A stretch of DNA of 57,454 bases. It comes from Deltaproteobacteria bacterium (lineage in GTDB: Bacteria > Desulfobacterota > Dissulfuribacteria > Dissulfuribacterales > QOAL01). Positions 20,751-29,632 of the stretch are shown piece after piece. The DNA lies in assembly GCA_015494395.1 (NCBI GenBank), contig WGBG01000160.1:1-57454 (forward strand). The letters run 5' to 3'. The position numbers were made by a program, and so were the translations under genes. How positions within the stretch are numbered: position 1 is the first letter of the stretch; every line of letters begins with the position of its first letter. The notes under the pieces are model-generated. The model searched no databases. It had not been told where the DNA came from and worked only from the letters and a program-made list of their open reading frames with translations.

Positions 20751-22007
20751 ATGAAGCTTGTAAAACGCAGGCTCACACCACTTGTTGAGCATTCACTTGA
20801 AACAGACCGGGTAACAGCCTTGATGGGGCCAAGGCAGTCCGGCAAGACAACACTTGTTCGCCATCTGCTTAAAACTGACAGAGAACTAAAATACTATAAC
20901 CTAAAAGATCCTGAAATCAGGCAAATACTGAAAAAAAATGCCAGAAAGGAATTTGCTCTCTTCAGAAACGCAACCATCATACTTGACGAGGTACAGACAG
21001 TTCCCCAGCTTCTTGAGTATGTACAGCTCCAGGTTGATGATGCTCCGGAGAAAAGGGGGCAGTTTTTGTTGCTTGGTTCAAACCATCTGTTGCTGAACAG
21101 GCATATAAAGGAGTCTCTGGCAGGGAGGGTAGCGCTTTTTACGCTGTTGCCGTTTGCCGTAACAGAAATCCTTGAATCAGAGAACCTTACGCTGTTTGAG
21201 AAACTGCTTGCCGCAGATGACCAGGCCTGTATTTCCTTGCTTGATAATGAATATGTTCCTCTGGCACAACACAGGCGGAATAGTCAGGCGCTGGATGAAA
21301 TGAACCTGTACGGAGGATACCCGGAATTTTTATTCAGAAAAGCCCCTGATGACAGGAAGGCATGGCTCAACAACTACCACCAGACCTATCTTGAGACTGA
21401 TTTGAGACAGCTTGTTGATCTTAGAAATATAGAGTCTTTTGAAGTTTTTGAAAAGCTCTTTGCCATGCGTACAGGAAATCTCCTGAATATAAGCGAACTT
21501 GCCAGGGACTGCGGTCTGAGCGCAGACACCATAAGACGGTTCATCAGTTACTACAAACAGCTTTTTGTCTGTTGGCAGTTACGCCCGTACTTTGCAAACC
21601 TGGGGAAGCGGATGATGAAGATGTCAAAATATTACTTTTTTGACTCAGGGCTGTTGAGAGCAGTGCTTGGAGATTTTTCAGGCGAATCAGGAAATATGTT
21701 TGAAAATACCGTGATGGCAGAGATGAAAAAACTCCTCTGCGCCAGGGGGGCTAGCCAGGAACTGAACTTTTGCCGCACATCCACAGGGGTTGAGGCGGAT
21801 GCGTTTGTAAAATCGGATAGCGGAAAATTTGCCATTTTTTTTGAAATAAAACAGACAGCCCATGCTGACAAAAAGTCTATCCGTCACCTGAAAAAGTACG
21901 TGGCAGCCAATGACAACAGCATTGGAATACTCATCAACAACGGTTCGGACATTATAAAAATGGAATACAGGATATGGGTAGTGCCTGCGGCATGGATGTT
22001 TGGGTAA
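20751..22007 (+). CDS. AAA+ ATPase with DUF4143 (AAA_14 / wHTH / PD-(D/E)xK)
   Basis: GPRQSGKTT, ILDEVQ, LLGS, ESLAGR, GGYPE, K.YFFDSG, EAD...EIK. Confidence 0.92.
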   Translation: MKLVKRRLTPLVEHSLETDRVTALMGPRQSGKTTLVRHLLKTDRELKYYNLKDPEIRQILKKNARKEFALFRNATIILDEVQTVPQLLEYVQLQVDDAPEKRGQFLLLGSNHLLLNRHIKESLAGRVALFTLLPFAVTEILESENLTLFEKLLAADDQACISLLDNEYVPLAQHRRNSQALDEMNLYGGYPEFLFRKAPDDRKAWLNNYHQTYLETDLRQLVDLRNIESFEVFEKLFAMRTGNLLNISELARDCGLSADTIRRFISYYKQLFVCWQLRPYFANLGKRMMKMSKYYFFDSGLLRAVLGDFSGESGNMFENTVMAEMKKLLCARGASQELNFCRTSTGVEADAFVKSDSGKFAIFFEIKQTAHADKKSIRHLKKYVAANDNSIGILINNGSDIIKMEYRIWVVPAAWMFG

Positions 22008-22039
22008 CTTGTTTTGGGGCAACCTTTTAATGCCGGTAA

Positions 22040-22059
22040 GGCCGGGACCATGCCCGGCC
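22040..22059. terminator. GC-rich hairpin (REP-like or bidirectional terminator) between convergent genes
   Basis: GGCCGGG-ACCATG-CCCGGCC between the AAA ATPase and serC stops. Confidence 0.4.
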
Positions 22060-22095
22060 CATGAGCTGAAAATTGCGGTTTGATCCGCTGTCTTT

Positions 22096-23178
22096 TTATC
22101 CGTTCTTTCTCTCAAACTCCTTCATGAAATCCACAAGATCCACAACACCCTGCTTTGGAAATGCATTGTAAATTGATGCCCTGCATCCCCCGATGGAGCG
22201 GTGCCCCTTAAGCCCGTCAAGTCCATTTTCAGATGCCTCTTTGATAAATTTGGCCTCGAGTTCAGGTGTAGGTAGGTTGAATGTCACATTCATCAAGGAG
22301 CGTGAATCCTTCCTTGCATGGCCTTTGTAGAACTCCGTGGAGTCTATCATATCATAGAGAAGTGCTGCCTTTTCCCTGTTTATCTTCTCGATGGCCTGGA
22401 CACCACCCTGTTTTTTGAGCCATTTTGCCACGAGACCAACCACGTAAATGGCAAAACATGGCGGGGTATTGAACATTGATCCCTTGTCTGCGTGGGTCTT
22501 GTAGCGGAACATGGTGGGAAGATTCTCTGGTGCCCGGTCAAGGAGGTCATCCCTGATGATTACAACCGTTACTCCGGCAGGCCCCATGTTTTTCTGAGCA
22601 CCGGCAAAGACCAGTCCAAAGGGTGATATGTCAAAGGGGCGCGACAGTATGTCTGAAGACATGTCGCTGACCAGCATCTTGTCGGATTTTGGAAACTGGG
22701 CAAACTGCGTTCCGTATATGGTGTTGTTTGACACAAAGTAGAGGTATTCCGAGTCATCATCCACTGTATAGTCACCATCTGAGGGTACATGATCAAAGGA
22801 AGAGTCCTCGCTGGAGTATGCAACCTGGGCCTTTGCTACTATGCTGGCCTCCTTTATGGCCTTCTTTGCCCAGGTTCCGGTGTTCAGGTATGTGCCCTTT
22901 TTGTCAGGGGCAAGCAGGTTCAGAGGGACCATGGCAAACTGGGTTGATGCCCCGCCCTGGAGGAACAGGATCTTGTAGTTCTCGGGTATGGACATGAGTT
23001 CCCTGATAAGGCTCTCTGCCTCCTGGGCTACTTCCATAAAGGCCTTTGAACGATGGGACAGTTCAATCAGGCCTATGCCAATATTGTTGTAGTTGACTAT
23101 GTCTTTGGCTGCCTGGGCAAGTACTTCCTGGGGCAGTGTGGCTGGTCCTGGACTGAAATTGTAAATACGATCCGGCAT
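22096..23178 (-). CDS. serC: Phosphoserine aminotransferase
   Basis: YNFSPGPA, ELSHRS, QGGAS.QF, DMSS, AGAQKN.GPAG, NTPP, GHRSIGGCRASIYNA. Confidence 0.98.
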   Translation of the reverse strand: MPDRIYNFSPGPATLPQEVLAQAAKDIVNYNNIGIGLIELSHRSKAFMEVAQEAESLIRELMSIPENYKILFLQGGASTQFAMVPLNLLAPDKKGTYLNTGTWAKKAIKEASIVAKAQVAYSSEDSSFDHVPSDGDYTVDDDSEYLYFVSNNTIYGTQFAQFPKSDKMLVSDMSSDILSRPFDISPFGLVFAGAQKNMGPAGVTVVIIRDDLLDRAPENLPTMFRYKTHADKGSMFNTPPCFAIYVVGLVAKWLKKQGGVQAIEKINREKAALLYDMIDSTEFYKGHARKDSRSLMNVTFNLPTPELEAKFIKEASENGLDGLKGHRSIGGCRASIYNAFPKQGVVDLVDFMKEFERKNG

Positions 23179-23301
23179 GATTAATCCTCATATGATAAAA
23201 TCTTGGAGTTTGTTCAGGTGGGCATTGGTTACCCATTTTCAGGGATGCACTATAAAGTAAAAAAAACGCTGTTGCAATTCAGTGTGCCCTGAAGTTCATT
23301 T

Positions 23302-24351
23302 CTACGTCTGAAACAGTTTATCCTGTGGAAATACCCGGCCAAGCCTGTCTTTTATGAAACTCAGTATTTTGTGTCTGATTTCCAAAGGGTAGGTGTAAAC
23401 CCCGCCTTCCAGAATATATGGATATTGGAGAATCGGAGATGCAGGGTTTACCTTGCGAGCCCTTTTAAGAAACTGTTTCCCCATCCTGAATACACCAAAG
23501 CTGATACTCTCGATGCTGTCTGTGTTAAGCTCTCTGGAGATATCCTTAACAAGACCTGCATAAAGTTCCTCCCAGTTGTTTACAAACAAGACGGGATCAA
23601 TGCAGAGCCTTACACGCCACCCGTTATCAACAGCCTTTGCTGCAGCCTTGAGCCGGACTGAAAGCGGAGGTGTTCCCTTTTCAAAGGTGTCTGCCACAGG
23701 ATCAGGGGAAAGTGTCCAGGCAATTATGACATTTTTGGCGGGTTTTCTTTTTGAAAACAGGGAAGTTGCCGTACTCTTGGTACGCATCTCTATCAGAACA
23801 TCCTGTCTGGTATCAGCAAAGTCCAGCCATCTGTCTGCAAGGGGAATGATTCTTCTTATGGCAAGAAGGTCGGTATCGTATGAATTGCAAATGTAAAGAG
23901 GGGCAGGGGCCAAACTGTTTCCTTTGGAGAGTTTTTCTGCTGCGAGTTCCACTTCCAGAAAGATTTTTTCAATATCCACAAATACCACCAGGTTGGCAGA
24001 TGGATACATGCCTTGAAGGTAACAGTACTGGCAGTTGTAAATGCAGTTCATTACGCTTGAAGCGTAGTAGAATGAGGGATTGCCAAACGATGGGCAGACG
24101 TCAGCTCCTCTGTATAAAAATGGGGGCCTGCCTGCTGCCAGGATGAGCTTCTGGCTCTCTTTTTGTGCTGAAAATTCCTGCCCGGCCCTTGAGAATACAT
24201 CTTTGTAGTGATGTATGGGTATAATCCTGGATTCAGAAAAACAGTTTATAATATCTTTTGAAACAGGGTGGTATGCCACATCTTTTTCAACGTATATGTG
24301 GCTGAAATGGGGTTGAATAACATCATATTTAGCTGATGAACTGTGCGGCAT
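23302..24351 (-). CDS. Spore-photoproduct-lyase-like radical SAM protein
   Basis: CIYNCQYCYLQGM, SYDTDLLA, EMRTKS and AWTLSP motifs. Confidence 0.88.
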   Translation of the reverse strand: MPHSSSAKYDVIQPHFSHIYVEKDVAYHPVSKDIINCFSESRIIPIHHYKDVFSRAGQEFSAQKESQKLILAAGRPPFLYRGADVCPSFGNPSFYYASSVMNCIYNCQYCYLQGMYPSANLVVFVDIEKIFLEVELAAEKLSKGNSLAPAPLYICNSYDTDLLAIRRIIPLADRWLDFADTRQDVLIEMRTKSTATSLFSKRKPAKNVIIAWTLSPDPVADTFEKGTPPLSVRLKAAAKAVDNGWRVRLCIDPVLFVNNWEELYAGLVKDISRELNTDSIESISFGVFRMGKQFLKRARKVNPASPILQYPYILEGGVYTYPLEIRHKILSFIKDRLGRVFPQDKLFQT

Positions 24352-24369
24352 GCCTGAAACAACGGTGTT

Positions 24370-25032
24370 TTATGGTTTGGCACAAGGAGGAGATGAAGGC
24401 TGGCGGTTGATGATACATGCCATTTGCCTGAGTATGACAGTAAATCCCTCAGACACCGAAGGGGCATCGGCATGTGGTGCATCCCCAAACAGTGACCACT
24501 TGGTGGGGGCCGGGATAAGAGAGGCCTGGCCGTAGATATGCCATACTGTCATACGGGTTTTTGTATTTATGATTTTCATATCAAAACCCACCCACCCGCT
24601 GGTGTTTCCTGAAGGGAAGATGACAGGGGGGATGCGTCCCTTAAGGACATAATCAAAGCCATTATCCAGGGCATAGTCAAGAAAGTGGTCCTCAGATTCA
24701 AATTTTCGCTGTTCAGTAATAATGACCTTGAATACCCGTTCCTGGCTAAAAATATCCTGCACAAGACTGGTGACGGCAGGTGTCCATTCCTTTGCCTGCG
24801 GGCTGTAAAGTGCAATGGGGGCGATTAAAAGTTTTTTTCTGGAGAGATCAAGCGGGTTTTCCGGCTGTATGTAAACAGAGCTTTCAGGAACAAGGCAGCC
24901 ATACTGCTTTACGGCAGGAGCACAGCCACACAAAATTGTGCAGCATAACAGTAAAACAGTGTATTTTGGGCTGTTTTTGTGGATATGCCCCACGATTTCA
25001 GGCAATTTGCAAATAAGCAAAAGGTGTGTCAT
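24370..25032 (-). CDS. Putative lipoprotein
   Basis: Lipobox LCGC after a hydrophobic stretch; the true start may lie downstream of the ORF-track start. Confidence 0.6.
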   Translation of the reverse strand: MTHLLLICKLPEIVGHIHKNSPKYTVLLLCCTILCGCAPAVKQYGCLVPESSVYIQPENPLDLSRKKLLIAPIALYSPQAKEWTPAVTSLVQDIFSQERVFKVIITEQRKFESEDHFLDYALDNGFDYVLKGRIPPVIFPSGNTSGWVGFDMKIINTKTRMTVWHIYGQASLIPAPTKWSLFGDAPHADAPSVSEGFTVILRQMACIINRQPSSPPCAKP

Positions 25033-25652
25033 GGGAGCCTGTCATATACTGTGGGAATAGGTTCAAACGATGCATCAAGCAGTGAGTCTACTGCCTCTGT
25101 TCTGCCCACTTCTGTCATTGCAACTGACAGGACGTTACCATTGGTGATATCAATGAGTTTTACCGTAATGGCAACAGAATCAATTCCCACTCCATAGGTC
25201 CCGGCCACAATGGAGCTTGCAGAGACCGCCTTTGCCGTCTCTACTGCATTCCTGCTCAGACCAAATTCACCTTCACCGGGGGCAAGGGCGACGGTGCCGG
25301 TCATCTTGGCCTCCCTTACCACGCCGCCTATTCTGAATATCTCTGCCGCAATGGCCTCTGCCATAACCCTTCCGAAACGTGAAGAACGTGACAGGTCATC
25401 TACATCTGCCAGGGTAGTGACTATGCAGGGGTATTCTGCAAGGGAGCCATCACGCATGTTCTGCTGTAGCTGAAGTGCAAGCCCCTGTGCCACATTGAAT
25501 ATCGTTGGATACATGGCAGAGTACACATGGGACCCCGGTTCATGTTCAGTAACAACAGAAGAGTTGGGGGCTGCATTAGACATGCAGCCCTGGCATAGTA
25601 TGGGTAATAGCAGAAGTGCAAATTTGAAAATATCTGTTTTTTGTTGCATCAA
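25029..25652 (-). CDS. FlgO-domain lipoprotein
   Basis: Lipobox CQGC; TTLADVDDL..SSRFGR, GEFGLSR, VAGTY. Confidence 0.8.
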   Translation of the reverse strand: MMQQKTDIFKFALLLLPILCQGCMSNAAPNSSVVTEHEPGSHVYSAMYPTIFNVAQGLALQLQQNMRDGSLAEYPCIVTTLADVDDLSRSSRFGRVMAEAIAAEIFRIGGVVREAKMTGTVALAPGEGEFGLSRNAVETAKAVSASSIVAGTYGVGIDSVAITVKLIDITNGNVLSVAMTEVGRTEAVDSLLDASFEPIPTVYDRLP

Positions 25653-25680
25653 AGGTTGATGTTCCCGTGCAGTTCTTAAA

Positions 25681-26520
25681 TCAGGAACCCTGGATTATTC
25701 TGACTTCAGTGGGTTCTCCAAATGCCTTGATAGGAATGGTTATATTTTTCTTGTCCATTTCCGGCGGGGCAGCGGATGGCCACAGCATGCTCCGCATGAA
25801 TTTGTTGTTGGGAATAATCTTCATTGCAGATGATGCTACCATGCCATTGCCGGTTGAGACAAGTCTTGCGTTAATAAAGACATAGTTTCCCTTAACTATG
25901 TAGGTTCCCACAAGAATGATGTTTGCTGATGTATGGTTTGCAATTTCGTCCAGCTCTCTTGAAAGGCTGTACTCCCCGAATTTTTTCTTGATAAGAATCG
26001 CGTCTGTTTTTCTTATTTCTACCACCTGGTATCCTGCCCGCTGCAGTTCACCCATGAGCTGTTCGGCAAGGTAACGGCCAAGGGGAGATGTGCGGTACAG
26101 ATAGTTAAGGTCAACAAAGGTGGAAACGCCTATCACCCCTTGAATTCCTGCATCTGCATTCATGTTTTCAATAAGCTGAATGGCAATATCGTGCACCTGT
26201 GCGTTAAACAGGGAGGCGTCATCCATGCTGTAAAAAGATGCTGGCTTTATGGGCTGAGCTGGCGGTGATGCCGTACTGTATTGAGGCATCTTTTTAGGTG
26301 GATGCTTAGGTGGATACGGCGTATCTGCATGCGAGGCATAATGTTCATTACATGTGCTGTCAGGCATTGCCGGATCTCCTGGCTGAACAGCCTGGTGAGC
26401 CGCCGGTGCCCCTGGATTGCCTGCCTGTGCGTTAACAGGCTGCCTCATGCAGCCGGTAAATATTAATGTGCAGAAAATAAACATGAAGCTGGTTGTTAGA
26501 CAAAAGAGTTTTCTTTTCAT
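25681..26520 (-). CDS. FlgO-domain lipoprotein with Pro-rich linker
   Basis: Lipobox FTGC; VSTFVDLN.L..TSPLGRYLAEQL, GEYSLSR, LVGTY, INARLV. Confidence 0.82.
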   Translation of the reverse strand: MKRKLFCLTTSFMFIFCTLIFTGCMRQPVNAQAGNPGAPAAHQAVQPGDPAMPDSTCNEHYASHADTPYPPKHPPKKMPQYSTASPPAQPIKPASFYSMDDASLFNAQVHDIAIQLIENMNADAGIQGVIGVSTFVDLNYLYRTSPLGRYLAEQLMGELQRAGYQVVEIRKTDAILIKKKFGEYSLSRELDEIANHTSANIILVGTYIVKGNYVFINARLVSTGNGMVASSAMKIIPNNKFMRSMLWPSAAPPEMDKKNITIPIKAFGEPTEVRIIQGS

Positions 26521-26567
26521 GGTTTTGCCCTTGGCCTGTTTCCTGACTTGTCCAGGTTGAGAAATGT

Positions 26568-27026
26568 TTATCGCTGTTCGAACACTAAAGGCCCGTTAAA
26601 GGAAATGACTGGCGGGATTGGTCTGGCAGGAGCCTGCCCTCGGTCAACTATACCGTAAGTAACGTATGCGGGTACAGGGACCACTCTCTCTGTGTAATAG
26701 ACCTCTGTTCTTCTTGGGGCAACATCAGCTACACAGCCGGGACAGTGCACTGCTGAACATCCCCTGGGGTAACAGGCATATCCGCAGCAATTATTCGCAT
26801 AGCAACCGCAATTATATCCCCAGCCGGTCAGCGAGCCTATTATCCTGGCAGGGATTGCCAGCAGTGCGTCTGCTGCACTGCCAACCGGTCCGCATGCCGA
26901 GTTACATCCACAGGGATGTGCAATGACATATTCATTGCAGCAGCCCGCCCCTGCTTGTTGAACAAAGCCAAAACAGAACATGATGGTTATTAAGGCTGCA
27001 CAACCGTAACTCATAAGTGTTTTCAT
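26568..27026 (-). CDS. Secreted cysteine-rich protein
   Basis: RBS AAGGAGG before the ATG at 27026; signal peptide ending AGA; 13 Cys in the mature part. Confidence 0.7.
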   Translation of the reverse strand: MKTLMSYGCAALITIMFCFGFVQQAGAGCCNEYVIAHPCGCNSACGPVGSAADALLAIPARIIGSLTGWGYNCGCYANNCCGYACYPRGCSAVHCPGCVADVAPRRTEVYYTERVVPVPAYVTYGIVDRGQAPARPIPPVISFNGPLVFEQR

Positions 27027-27443
27027 TAAATTACCCTCCTTGGTTTTGAATTGAATTTGGCATTTCAAAGTTCAAATAATTAATTTACGATAGTATCCTT
27101 TTGCCCAATATATATTCTGTTTCGGCTCAGAAGATTTTTTTCTTAAAGAGTATTATTGCTGATTAACCTGCTCCCTGGATAGCAATATGTCTTTTCATGT
27201 GGACATTATCTCAAAAAATATGCCGTGGGTGCAGGCAACGGAAACTGGATGGAATCAACCCCGTTTTTATGACAGGGGCTTTTTGAGGTGGGAGAGAGAA
27301 ATCTTCGATATTTTAGAAGGTTAGGTTGGATAGATTGCTGGAAGGTGTTGAAAGGGATGAAAGTGACGGAGTTGTTTTGTTAGTGGGCAGGGGGGTAAAA
27401 TGGCAGGTGAGTGGGCAAGGTTTGCCCTGAAAAAGATACCAAC

Positions 27444-28175
27444 TCAACGTCCTGAAGTTGAGCACGCCGGGCATTCAGGGTCAGGCCATATTTCCAGCTC
27501 CTGGAACTTCATTGCAGCGAAGTCCATGATTAACATGCGTCCTTTAAGGGACATGTCCTGACCGGCAAGGAAACGTATGGCCTCTATTGCCTGCATGCTC
27601 CCCACAGCGCTGGTCACTCCCCCCATCACAGGGGTTTCTCCTGTTGATGGTGCGTTTGGAAACATGCATTCAAGGCACGGGGTTTCAGGGGAATGAAAAA
27701 CAGTTATGCGTCCCTCCATGCCCCAGACCGCCCCGTGAACCAAGGGAATATTTTTTTTTAGAGCCGCCCTGTTCAGGGCATAGCGGGCTTCAAAGTTATC
27801 AAGACAGTCAATGATGATATGTGAGTTTCCAAGAAGACTTTCAATATTCTCATGGGTTATTTTGTACTGTACTGTTTTGATTGAAATTTCTGAATTTATA
27901 GCTTCAAGGGCTTTTTGGGCAGATACAGTCTTTTCCAGGCCTATACTTTTTTCGTTATGAAGGAATTGCCTGTTAAGGTTGGTAATATCTACGGTATCAG
28001 TATCGCATATTGTCAGGTGTCCTACACCAGCCAGGGCAAGAGTCATTGCCACTGGGCAGCCGAGGCCTCCAGCCCCTGCTATGAATGCATGGGCTTTTGA
28101 GAGCCGTTCCTGGGTCTCCTTGCCCCATCCGTCAATGGCAAGCTGCCGTTTATAACGTCTGAAGTCTTGGGTCAT
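27444..28175 (-). CDS. ThiF/MoeB/HesA family E1-like adenylyltransferase
   Basis: YKRQ, GAGGLG, DTDTVDITNLNRQ, DCLDN, CLEC and CPAC Zn motifs; no rhodanese domain. Confidence 0.93.
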   Translation of the reverse strand: MTQDFRRYKRQLAIDGWGKETQERLSKAHAFIAGAGGLGCPVAMTLALAGVGHLTICDTDTVDITNLNRQFLHNEKSIGLEKTVSAQKALEAINSEISIKTVQYKITHENIESLLGNSHIIIDCLDNFEARYALNRAALKKNIPLVHGAVWGMEGRITVFHSPETPCLECMFPNAPSTGETPVMGGVTSAVGSMQAIEAIRFLAGQDMSLKGRMLIMDFAAMKFQELEIWPDPECPACSTSGR

Positions 28176-29632
28176 GGATTTGCTCTGCCTGTTAGATCAG
28201 GACATGTTCCATAAGAAAGCGATACTGGGCATATCCGTTCTGATGAATCTTGAGTATGCTTTTCAGTCCATTCCTTTGCCTTTGAGACTATGCTTTTTGT
28301 TATTTCCTGGGAAAGCCCTGTGTGCTGTTCAGGAAGAAGTACTTTTTCAATAGCTTCTCTTGGGAACAGATTGCTTATTTCAGACTCTTTCATCAGGATG
28401 TCAAGGTATGAGCCTTTTGATTCAGCAGCCTTCATGGCAGCCTGATAAATAAGGGTATGTGCCTTGTCCTTTCCTATCTTGCTGCCAAGAAAGAACATCA
28501 GGGCTTCACTGCAAATAAATGGGGCGGCAGCTTCAGTGTTTTTATTAACTCTTTCGGTGTGAATAATCAGATCTTCCAGGATATGTTTCATCAGTGAAAG
28601 CATGCAGCAGAAAAACATTGAAGAATCTGCAACCGTAACCCATTCCAGACGGACTGCCCGGTAGTCCCTTTCGTGTTCGTTTATAAGCCCGTCCATGCCG
28701 GACAATGCGTTTGCCTTTATAAGCCTTGCCAGTACTACAACCTGTTCACAGAGTTCAGGGTTGCGTTTGTGCGGCATGGTGCTTGACCCTATCTTGCCTG
28801 TATGAAAAGGTTCTTCCATCTCGCCAGTTTCACTTCTTGCTAGACACCTGATTTCATCAGCCATGCGTGCACAGGTGCCGGCGGCAATGGCAATTACGTT
28901 AAGGAATTCAGCTATGCGGTCTCTTGAGGCATGCCAGGCAGAGTAAGTGGCGTTAAGCCCGAGTTTTTTTGAAAATAACTTCAGGACTTCAAAACCCTTG
29001 TTCCCAAAAGCATCCATGGTGCCTACGCCCCCAAATAGTTGGCTTGAAAGCACACGGGGTTTGATCTCTTCAAATCTTTCTGCACTTCGCAGGAGTTCAT
29101 CAAGCCAGCCCGCCATTTTAAGGCCCATGGTCATGGGAAGCGCGTGCTGGGTATGGGTGCGGCCTATGGTGACCAACGAGGTGTACTGTTCTGCGAGCCT
29201 TGAAAGCTGTAATACCATGACGTGGATGTCCCGGTTTACTATCCCCAGTACATCCCGAATCTCAAGAGACTGGGCCGTGTCCTGGATATCCTGTGTAGTG
29301 GCGCCAAAGTGAATATATCTTCGAGACCGCTCTGGGCATACCTTTGAAAGAGCACCAAGAAGGGGCATGAGAGAGTGGCTGGTAATGGCAATCTGTTCCT
29401 TGATAAATTCAAGATCGAGCAGTGTAATCTTAGCGCTGTCTCGTATGTCCGCTGCTGCTGTTTCCGGAATGATGCCCAGTTCCGCCTCTGTCTCGGCAAG
29501 TGCGCTTTCCACATCAAGCCAGCGCTGGTAGCGGTACATGTCACAGAAAATTCTCCTTGCCTCAGGAGTTGAGTAGCCGCCTGAGTGGAAACGGGAATCA
29601 ACTATGTGGCTTCTTGGAGAGCAGGCGGTCAT
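28172..29632 (-). CDS. Adenylosuccinate lyase / PcaB-like fumarate-lyase superfamily enzyme (copy 2)
   Basis: YIHFGATTQD, GRTHTQHA, GSSTMPHKRNP, EHERD. Confidence 0.9.
   Translation of the reverse strand: MTACSPRSHIVDSRFHSGGYSTPEARRIFCDMYRYQRWLDVESALAETEAELGIIPETAAADIRDSAKITLLDLEFIKEQIAITSHSLMPLLGALSKVCPERSRRYIHFGATTQDIQDTAQSLEIRDVLGIVNRDIHVMVLQLSRLAEQYTSLVTIGRTHTQHALPMTMGLKMAGWLDELLRSAERFEEIKPRVLSSQLFGGVGTMDAFGNKGFEVLKLFSKKLGLNATYSAWHASRDRIAEFLNVIAIAAGTCARMADEIRCLARSETGEMEEPFHTGKIGSSTMPHKRNPELCEQVVVLARLIKANALSGMDGLINEHERDYRAVRLEWVTVADSSMFFCCMLSLMKHILEDLIIHTERVNKNTEAAAPFICSEALMFFLGSKIGKDKAHTLIYQAAMKAAESKGSYLDILMKESEISNLFPREAIEKVLLPEQHTGLSQEITKSIVSKAKEWTEKHTQDSSERICPVSLSYGTCPDLTGRANP

Noticed and set aside
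22096-23178. serC as part of a CysO/CysM-type cysteine pathway with the Ubl module
   Set aside because: It is more than 4 kb away behind unrelated genes, and no CysM-like PLP enzyme is in the window
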